From an uncultured Verrucomicrobiae bacterium (GTDB lineage Bacteria > Verrucomicrobiota > Verrucomicrobiia > Chthoniobacterales > JAFAMB01), in contig CAWEXO010000011.1 in the NCBI GenBank assembly GCA_963813025.1, forward strand, positions 768,001 to 832,000: DNA of 64,000 nucleotides. Reading direction: 5' to 3'. The notes under the pieces are model-generated. The model was not told the DNA's origin and did not search any database. It saw only the letters and a list, made by a program, of their open reading frames with translations. Shown here in pieces: positions 56,747-64,000 of the stretch. Within the stretch, counting starts at the first letter, position 1, and every line of letters begins with the position of its first letter. The translations under genes and the position numbers were made by a program.

Positions 56747-58829
56747 GCGTGCCTTCGATCGCCGGGCCGATCGATCCGATCTCTACCGCGGACACTCGGG
56801 GATCGTTCACCGCCTTCAGAATGCCTACTATGCCGTAGTAGACGATGGCGAGCACGACGACGACAAACACTATAGCCAGACCCGCGTCAATGTAATCATT
56901 GAGAATGATCCGCTGCATTTCACCGATCGTCTTCGCGGGTGCGAGCAGTTTATCAGCAGAGAGCGCGTCACCGAACCGGCGAGCATGGGAGAGGAACCCG
57001 ATGGATGGGTTACTGCTGAAGATCTTCTGGAGACCGGCCGTCAACGTGCACACCAAAAGCCAGATCGTTGGCAGAATCGTTACCCAGGCGCCTGCCTGCC
57101 GCTTCATTTTGAAGAGCACCACAGTACAGAGCGTAAGGGCAATACCGGCCAACATCTGATTCGAGATCCCGAATAGCGGCCACAGAGTATTGATACCACC
57201 GAGCGGGTCGATGACGCCTTGATAGAGAATATAACCCCAAGCCACTACGGCCAGAGCCGATCCAATCACATTATTTCCCCACGATCTCGTGATCCGGAAA
57301 GCCGGTATCGCCATCCCGACGAGGTCCTGGATCATAAACCGCAATACACGGGTTCCCGCGTCTACGGTTGTCAGGATGAAAAGCGCCTCGAACAGAATCA
57401 CGAAATGATACCAGATGCCAATCAAGGCTCTCCCGCCGAGCAGATTCGAGAGGATCGTCGCCATGCCAACCGCGAGGGTTGGCGCGCCTCCGGTTCGCGA
57501 CAAAATAGTCTTCTCTCCGACATCGGCTGCGATCTGATTGATCACGTCCGGGCTGACGGCAAATCCCCAACCGGAGATTACCTGTCCTGCCTGGGCGGCA
57601 GTCGTACCGATAAGCGCTGCTGGACTGTTCATCGCGAAATAAACGCCGGGGTCGATGACGCTCGCGCCGATCAGCGCCATGATCGCCACAAAGGATTCCA
57701 TCAGCATGCCTCCGAAGCCGATGAAACGTATCTGCCGCTCGTTTTCGATCATTTTCGGTGTTGTGCCGGACGAAATCAGCGCGTGGAAACCGGATACCGC
57801 GCCGCAGGCGATGGTAATAAACAGGAAAGGAAACAGGCTGCCGGCAAAGACTGGTCCGGTACCGTCAATGAAGCGCGTGATGGACGGCATTTTGAGGGCC
57901 GGGCGAACCAGCACGATGCTGAGCGCGAGCAGCAGAATGGTACCAACTTTTAAAAAGGTGGAGAGATAATCTCTAGGTGCAAGCAACAGCCAGACGGGAA
58001 GGACAGAAGCGAAAAAGCCGTACAGCACGATCAGAAGGGCCAGCGTCTCACCCCGATAGTTAAAGAGAGCGGCCAGCGCTGCGGTGTCCGAGACCGTCCG
58101 TCCAAAAATCAAGGCCGCGAGGAGCAGCACAAACCCGATAATCGACATCTCAGCAATGCGCCCCGGTCGTATAAACCGGCTGTAGAGGCCCATAAGGAGA
58201 GCGATCGGAATCGTGCAGAACACGGTGAACGTACCCCACGGGCTCGCCGCGAGCGCCTTCACAACCACCAGCGCGAGGACGGCGAGGAGGATGATCATGA
58301 TAAGGACCAAGCCGACGAGAGCGAACATCCCGGGGACCGCTCCCATCTCGAAACGGATCATATCGCCCAGCGACTTTCCGTCCCGCCGGGTGGAGAGAAA
58401 CAGGACAATCATATCCTGAACTGCCCCGGCGAAGACAACGCCGGCCAGAATCCAGATGGTACTGGGTAGATAACCCATTTGAGCCGCCAGGACCGGCCCA
58501 ACTAGAGGACCCGCGCCCGCAATCGCCGCAAAGTGGTGTCCGAAGAGGACGAAACGATTGGTCGACACATAGTCGAGTCCGTCATTGTGCCGGTAGGCGG
58601 GAGTCTCGCGAGCCTCGTCAACGCGGAGGACCTGTCGTGCGATGTAGAGCGAATAGAATCGGTACGCGATGAGGTAAACGCAGACCGAGGCAATCACCAG
58701 CCAGGCGGCGTTGACGGTTTCCCCTCGACTCAGAGCAATTACTCCAAACGCGGCCGCGCCGAGCGCGGCAACGACGATCCACAAAACTCGATTGGTGGTG
58801 TTGCCAGGCGAACTCGACACAGCGCTCAT
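56739..58829 (-). CDS. cstA: Carbon starvation protein A / pyruvate-H+ symporter (CstA/BtsT family)
   Basis: TPA..HNDGLDY, GHHFAAIAGAGPLVGP, LLAPRDYLS, TIACGAVSGFH, WPLFGISNQML. Confidence 0.96.
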   Translation of the reverse strand: MSAVSSSPGNTTNRVLWIVVAALGAAAFGVIALSRGETVNAAWLVIASVCVYLIAYRFYSLYIARQVLRVDEARETPAYRHNDGLDYVSTNRFVLFGHHFAAIAGAGPLVGPVLAAQMGYLPSTIWILAGVVFAGAVQDMIVLFLSTRRDGKSLGDMIRFEMGAVPGMFALVGLVLIMIILLAVLALVVVKALAASPWGTFTVFCTIPIALLMGLYSRFIRPGRIAEMSIIGFVLLLAALIFGRTVSDTAALAALFNYRGETLALLIVLYGFFASVLPVWLLLAPRDYLSTFLKVGTILLLALSIVLVRPALKMPSITRFIDGTGPVFAGSLFPFLFITIACGAVSGFHALISSGTTPKMIENERQIRFIGFGGMLMESFVAIMALIGASVIDPGVYFAMNSPAALIGTTAAQAGQVISGWGFAVSPDVINQIAADVGEKTILSRTGGAPTLAVGMATILSNLLGGRALIGIWYHFVILFEALFILTTVDAGTRVLRFMIQDLVGMAIPAFRITRSWGNNVIGSALAVVAWGYILYQGVIDPLGGINTLWPLFGISNQMLAGIALTLCTVVLFKMKRQAGAWVTILPTIWLLVCTLTAGLQKIFSSNPSIGFLSHARRFGDALSADKLLAPAKTIGEMQRIILNDYIDAGLAIVFVVVVLAIVYYGIVGILKAVNDPRVSAVEIGSIGPAIEGTHG

Positions 58830-58975
58830 ATGCTCAGCCGAAATTGGTGTTCAGTGGGTTCTCAATGCGTGCTTCCGATGAACCGAACGCCCGGGGGGTT
58901 GTACTTTGCGACGGGTGAAAAGAAGGTATAGCCACTTTGTGCGACTGTGCCAGTGGGTATTCGCGTTTTGCCAGC

Positions 58976-60337
58976 ATGCGAGTTTTGATCATCGACGACG
59001 AGAAAAATATACGGCAGGCATTGGCCACGACTTTGGAATCCGCGGGCCACGAAGCCGTTACCGCGGCATCCGGAACGGCCGGACTGCTTGAATTGCGAAA
59101 AGCGATCTATCAAGTGGTTTTTCTTGATCTGAAGCTGCAGGCGGAAAGCGGTTTGGACGTTCTAGGGGAGATCTTGCGGATCGACCCGAGCGCCGCGGTG
59201 GTCATCGTCACGGCGTACGCTTCCATCGAGACCGCGGTCGAAGCCATGCGGCGCGGCGCGTTTGATTACCTGCCGAAGCCCTGTACGCCGGATCAGGTTC
59301 GGCAAATCGTGACCCGCATCGCGCACTTGCGCGAACTCGAGCAGCGCGTGCGCGATTTGGAATCGCGCTTTCAGGACGAGTTTCCCGAGATCGAACTGCG
59401 CTCCGAATCGCCGCTGGTGAGGCGTGCCCTGGATATCGCGCTGAAAGCTGCTCCCACAGATGCTACGATTATGCTGCTGGGCGAGAGCGGTACCGGCAAG
59501 AGCGTGCTCGCCCGGATCATACATCAGCACAGTCGCCGCTCAGCCGCGGCGTTTGTGACAGTAAATTGCCCCAGCCTCTCACGCGATTTGCTGGAAAGTG
59601 AACTGTTCGGACACACCAAAGGGTCGTTCACCGGTGCCCACGCCGATACCATCGGGAAAGTCGCCCTGGCGGACGGCGGAACCCTGTTTCTTGATGAGAT
59701 CGGCGAACTGCCCCTTGAGATTCAAGCGAAGCTTTTGCGTCTCCTCCAGGATCGGGAATACGAGAAGGTGGGCGATCCTCATCCCCGGCAGGCGCAAGTC
59801 AGAGTCTTGGCCGCAACGAATCGCGATCTCGCGAAGGCGGTCGCCGAAGGGCGGTTTCGCGAGGATCTGTATTATCGGCTGAACGTGATTAGCATCCCGC
59901 TGCCTCCCTTGCGCGATCGAACCCTCGACCTTCGCCGGATCGCCGATAAGCAATTGCAGTTTTTCGCCAGTCGAGCCGGCAAAAAACTGACGGGCTTCAC
60001 CGGGCGCGCCCGCGAAGCAATGGAACAATATCGCTGGCCAGGCAATCTCCGAGAGCTGCGCAATGTCGTTGAACGCGCCGTAATTTTGGGATCGGGCGAG
60101 CAGATTGATTTGGATGATTTGGCGGAGCTCTTACCGAGGTCTCCAGAAATCCGTCTGGGAAGCCAGGTCAGCCTGCAAGACATCGAAAACGAGCATATCC
60201 GGCGGGTGCTGGCCAGTTCGCGTACGGTTGAACATGCCGCGGAGGTCCTCGGGATCGACCCGGCGACCTTGTATCGGCGGAAGAAAAAAATTGTAGGGCT
60301 GAGCGAGGCCGCCCTCAAACCGAGGAGGATTGTATGA
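58976..60337 (+). CDS. Sigma54-dependent NtrC/AlgB-type response regulator
   Basis: REC domain, [51 protein letters not shown], Fis HTH. Confidence 0.93.
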   Translation: MRVLIIDDEKNIRQALATTLESAGHEAVTAASGTAGLLELRKAIYQVVFLDLKLQAESGLDVLGEILRIDPSAAVVIVTAYASIETAVEAMRRGAFDYLPKPCTPDQVRQIVTRIAHLRELEQRVRDLESRFQDEFPEIELRSESPLVRRALDIALKAAPTDATIMLLGESGTGKSVLARIIHQHSRRSAAAFVTVNCPSLSRDLLESELFGHTKGSFTGAHADTIGKVALADGGTLFLDEIGELPLEIQAKLLRLLQDREYEKVGDPHPRQAQVRVLAATNRDLAKAVAEGRFREDLYYRLNVISIPLPPLRDRTLDLRRIADKQLQFFASRAGKKLTGFTGRAREAMEQYRWPGNLRELRNVVERAVILGSGEQIDLDDLAELLPRSPEIRLGSQVSLQDIENEHIRRVLASSRTVEHAAEVLGIDPATLYRRKKKIVGLSEAALKPRRIV

Positions 60338-60419
60338 GCAATGAATTGCCGGCTCAGTGTCTATCGGGTCGGGTTCGATTCTCTGCGAGCAGAATTTAAT
60401 TTCTTGATTTCCCGTTGCC

Positions 60420-61028
60420 ATGAAACAGATCCCTATAATGCGCTCGATCGAGCGTGTCCCCGGTGGATTGATGGTGGTCCCCTTGCTTATTGGTGCAACC
60501 ATCGTCACTTTCGCGCCCGGCACCTCGAAGTTCTTCGGATCCTTTACCGAGGCCCTCTTCAGCGGTGCGCTGACTGTCCTCGCGGTTTTTTATGTGTGCA
60601 TGGGCACGACCATCGAATTGATCGCAACACCTTACATTCTCAAAAAGGGAGGCGCGTTGCTCATCAGCAGATTCTCTGCAGTCTCGTTGTTGGAATTGTC
60701 CTCGGCCGGGTGCTAGGCGAAAAGCCGATTGGAGTTGGTCTTTTTGCGGGCCTATCCACGCTCGCGATCGTTGCCGCGATGAATGACACCAACGGAGGCT
60801 TGTACATGGCATTGATGGGCAAATATGGTCAAGCGCGCGATGTCGGCGCCTACTCGGTGATGACCATCGAGAGCGGTCCTTTCCTGACCATGGTGACGCT
60901 CGGCGTTGCTGGCCTGTCCGCTTTCCCGTGGCAGACTTTGCTTGGTGCCGTCCTGCCACTGCTTGCCGGGGTCGTCATCGGCAACCTCGACCCGGATTGC
61001 CGAGCATTTTTCGGCAGAGCCGCTCCGC
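60420..61028 (+). pseudogene. kdgT: 2-keto-3-deoxygluconate permease, frameshifted (about 60669) and 3'-truncated
   Basis: [16 protein letters not shown]...KKGGALL in one frame; [33 protein letters not shown] in another; homology stops abruptly. Confidence 0.85.
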
Positions 61029-61796
61029 CACGCTGCAACCGGCGTGGAGGCCGTGGTCTGTGACGCGAAAACCGAGGACGACCTGCGCGCGATTGCCGAG
61101 GCCGCAGCGCAGCTGTGCCAGCCCGCGGTTTTCGCCGGCTCTGCCGGGCTTGCGCGCCACCTGCCTCTGGCATTCGGCTTGGCGCAAAAGAGTGAGTCTC
61201 CGTTGAACCTCGAATCGATAAAGATCGCAATCGAAGAAAGAGAACCGGGCACGCCGGAATCTCACCGGCCGCTGTTGTTCGTCGTCGGCAGCATGTCGCA
61301 GGTCTCGCGCGAGCAGTTATGCAACCTGTTGGATCAATCCGGTATTCGTGCGCTGACTCTGTCGCCCACGGCGTTGCGTGAGAGGCCGAGCTCCGTGGCA
61401 TGGCGGAATACCAGGCGGCTCCTGGACGAAGCGCTAAGCGGCAGTGATGATGTCGCGCTCGCCCTCGGCCTCGATGAAGGGATCAATCCAGGCGAGGGCG
61501 CGTTTCTGTGCAGTGCGCTCGCGCAACTCCTCCTGCCATTGGATCGGCGCTTATGCGGGCTGTTCTGCACCGGCGGCGAGACTGCGCGCTCACTGCTGAA
61601 TGCTGGCGGCGCCGTAGGCATCCGGCTTGTTGGTGAGGTCGAGGCAGGTATACCATTGGGCACAGTAGAAGGTTGGCACAATCTGCCGATCATCACCAAG
61701 GCCGGTGCCTTTGGCAGTCCACGAACCCTCGTACACTGTCGCGCGGTGCTGCAGCGCTTTCTCCGCCAGACGAACCGAACCAACTTACTCTTATGA
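61029..61796 (+). pseudogene. C-terminal part of a four-carbon acid sugar kinase (DUF1537, DtnK/OtnK-like); N-terminal domain missing
   Basis: VVCDA...DL..IA, FAGSAGLA, VVGSMSQVSREQL, TGGETA, GEVEAGIP, ITKAGAFG; no start codon or N-terminal IADDLTGA-type motif. Confidence 0.8.
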
Positions 61797-62806
61797 ACGA
61801 CACTTTTTTACCAATCATTGGCATCACGATGGGCGACGCCGCAGGCATTGGGCCGGAGATCATCATCAAAAGCCTTGGCCACGTGGACCTGTACGAGCGC
61901 TGTCGTCCATTGGTCATTGGCGATGCCGGCCGATTACATGAGGCGGGACGCATTGTCGATTCTACGCTGGAGGTAAACGCGATCGATCGTCCTGACGATG
62001 CGAGATTCAAGTTTGGTATCGCCGATTGCATCGACCTGAAGCTCATTCCCGAAGGACTGCCTTGGGGTCAGCTCTCGCCGATCTCCGGTGATGCGGCCTA
62101 CCAATACCTGGCTCGCGCCGTTGAGTTGGCGAAGAGGGGAGAAATCGACGCCATCTGCACGGCACCGCTGAACAAGGAAGCGCTGCATGCCGGGGGCCAC
62201 ATCTTCCCGGGCCACACCGAGATGCTGGCCCACTTAACCGGCACACCGGAGGTTTCGATGATGCTCTCTACGCCGAAACTCAAGGTCATCCATGTCACCA
62301 CGCACATTGGTCTGATCGACGCTATCGCCAAAATCGAGCCGGGCTTAATCGAGCGCACGATCGGCCGCGCTCAGGAAACATTGATCCGCGCCGGAATCCC
62401 ACACCCGCGCATCGGTGTTTGCGGCATCAATCCGCATGCGGGTGAGCACGGTCTCTTCGGATACGGCGAAGAAGAGTCGAAAATCGAGCCAGCGGTACAC
62501 GCTTGCCAGGCGCGTGGGTGGGACGTCCAGGGACCGCTTCCGGCGGACACACTCTTTTTCCGCGCCGGCCGCGGCGACTTCGACATTGTCGTGGCGATGT
62601 ATCACGATCAGGGTCACGGCCCGGTGAAAGTGCTGGGCATCGAGGCTGGGGTAAATATCACGGTCGGTCTGCCGGTGATCCGCACCTCCGTCGACCACGG
62701 CACCGCCTTTGACATTGCCGGCACCGGAAAGGCCGACGAGCGGAGCTTGTTAGTGGCTCTGTCGCAGGCGATCGAACTCGCGCCAAAGAAAGACGAAAGA
62801 CCGTGA
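61793..62806 (+). CDS. pdxA: 4-hydroxythreonine-4-phosphate / D-threonate-4-phosphate dehydrogenase (PdxA2-type)
   Basis: ITMGDAAGIGPE, TAPLNK, PGHTE, INPHAGE, MYHDQG, RTSVDHGTAFDIAG; ATGA overlap with the kinase remnant. Confidence 0.95.
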   Translation: MNDTFLPIIGITMGDAAGIGPEIIIKSLGHVDLYERCRPLVIGDAGRLHEAGRIVDSTLEVNAIDRPDDARFKFGIADCIDLKLIPEGLPWGQLSPISGDAAYQYLARAVELAKRGEIDAICTAPLNKEALHAGGHIFPGHTEMLAHLTGTPEVSMMLSTPKLKVIHVTTHIGLIDAIAKIEPGLIERTIGRAQETLIRAGIPHPRIGVCGINPHAGEHGLFGYGEEESKIEPAVHACQARGWDVQGPLPADTLFFRAGRGDFDIVVAMYHDQGHGPVKVLGIEAGVNITVGLPVIRTSVDHGTAFDIAGTGKADERSLLVALSQAIELAPKKDERP

Positions 62807-62812
62807 TCAAAC

Positions 62813-62841
62813 AGAGCGATCGGGTCTTTCACGATCGCTCT
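62813..62841. terminator. Hairpin between convergent genes (putative terminator)
   Basis: agagcgatcg-N9-cgatcgctct directly after the pdxA stop. Confidence 0.5.
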
Positions 62842-62928
62842 CGGTTTGCCCTAAGATGTAATTTGTGGTGCACCAGGTAAATTGAGCGGTCGCGGGCGGC
62901 GCTTACTCCGATGTCCGGCTCCTCCTTC

Positions 62929-63684
62929 CTAACTCGTGGCGATCAGCCAGGGGAGCGTGAGCAAAGCGGCACTGGCCACCGCAGTCAGATAGACCAGCAC
63001 CGGATTAAATTGCCGGATGCCGAGATCAATGACCGCATAAAATGCGCAGACGCCAAATGCTCCGCGAGCGATCCCGCGGAGAACGCTTGCCGCGGCGGCC
63101 GGCCCTTGGTGAAAATGCACAAAAATACAGAGCGGCCACGCGACAACGGGGACCGGCGATAATATTCCGCTCAGGGCAGGGCCGAGCACCCGAGCACTGA
63201 ATGTCACGAAAATGACCAGGCAAGTCGCGGTCGCCGCGCGCAATGGTAGATCCCAGCTCGGGTACTCGACCTTGGCTGGTACCGAGTCACCCGGCGCTAT
63301 CACCAGCAGAGCGGCCAATACGCTCGCCAGGGCTAAGCCGACAGCGAGGAGCAAACCCGGATGCAAGGAGTTCAAGAAAGTTACCGCAATCGCAAAGCAA
63401 ACAATTCCGGCTGTGGCGCAGAGATGGATTGACCCGCGACCAGCGAAACAGCTGTACCCCATTGAAAACCAGGCTACCCCGGCGACCGCAACCAATGAGG
63501 GAGTCGCCGCTTCCGCCGCAAAGTTCGGTCCCTGCTCCAGAAAGAGAAAAATTGAGATTGGCCCCGAGGTAAGAGGCAAACCGGCCAACAAACCGCCGAT
63601 CGCAGGACCCCAGCGTCGCGCCGCAAGCGACACGAGCCACATCAGGAGGGGCGTTAGAGTCAGTTTTAACAGGAACAGTGTCAT
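62929..63684 (-). CDS. Conserved hypothetical membrane protein with two internal repeats
   Basis: About 8 TM; ARRWGPAIGGLLAGLPLTSGP and LGPALSGILSPVPV repeats. Confidence 0.85.
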   Translation of the reverse strand: MTLFLLKLTLTPLLMWLVSLAARRWGPAIGGLLAGLPLTSGPISIFLFLEQGPNFAAEAATPSLVAVAGVAWFSMGYSCFAGRGSIHLCATAGIVCFAIAVTFLNSLHPGLLLAVGLALASVLAALLVIAPGDSVPAKVEYPSWDLPLRAATATCLVIFVTFSARVLGPALSGILSPVPVVAWPLCIFVHFHQGPAAAASVLRGIARGAFGVCAFYAVIDLGIRQFNPVLVYLTAVASAALLTLPWLIATS

Positions 63685-63744
63685 TCCGGGGCAAATCTCC
63701 GTGACGGACTTGATTCACGGCGTAACAAGGGCCAATGGGAAGAA

Positions 63745-63956
63745 TGCGTAGCGGTTCATCAATTTTTTCCTCGGCGTGCGGAGCACTGCTTTTTCCAGTT
63801 ATGAGCCGAGGGGTTACTCACCTGACCGGCTGGCCAACTTTAGCCGATAGCGTCGTTCCGCAGACTGTGCCGATGCCTCCCGCGATCGGCTGGGCCCTCG
63901 TCTGTGTCGGGACGGTGATGCTGTTTATGGGTCTGCGCGGTCGCCGGAGTCGATAA
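63745..63956 (+). CDS. Small 2-TM hypothetical protein
   Basis: Two hydrophobic segments and a basic C-terminus; start 63735 or 63744/5 uncertain. Confidence 0.5.
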
Positions 63957-64000
63957 AGAGGCGCCGCTCCTTGCGCTAGCTATCCCACTTTCTGTCGTCC

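Noticed and set aside
60341..61063. 240-aa ORF, and the 296-aa ORF 60906-61796, as intact novel proteins
   Set aside because: They are chimeric frames through the kdgT and kinase pseudogene fragments

Overview
Bacterial chromosomal window of roughly 55-60% GC (estimated by eye). Gene content and repeat types suggest a soil Verrucomicrobiota/PVC-type genome; this is an inference. Most of the window is housekeeping or metabolic: acetoacetate-CoA ligase, atoE, lutABC, hom-thrC-lysC, alr, fpg, recQ, Hsp20-lon, a sugar ABC transporter, cstA and pdxA2. Interleaved are three type II toxin-antitoxin loci, an orphan RelE-like gene, an IS630 element and three decayed loci missed or split by the ORF track (an hsdM remnant, a frameshifted RHH antitoxin, and a kdgT/sugar-acid-kinase deletion fusion). 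The intergenic DNA is dense in non-coding mobile or repeat modules: a 163-bp TIR-less element that inserts into 9-nt-period repeats, a palindromic CTAG-ended MITE with covarying stems placed in tandem with IS630, GTAG-type REP/REPIN mosaics, and 6/7/9-nt tandem repeats that also enter coding sequence. The best candidates for undescribed systems are a signal-less HExxHxxGxxD metallopeptidase with an upstream inhibitor/immunity-like partner under its own extended -10 promoter (36.0-37.3 kb), an SBP56 plus His-rich membrane protein pair, a RelE-like/DUF1573/rhodanese/MauE unit, and the repeat-targeting non-autonomous elements. No rRNA, tRNA or CRISPR array was seen.
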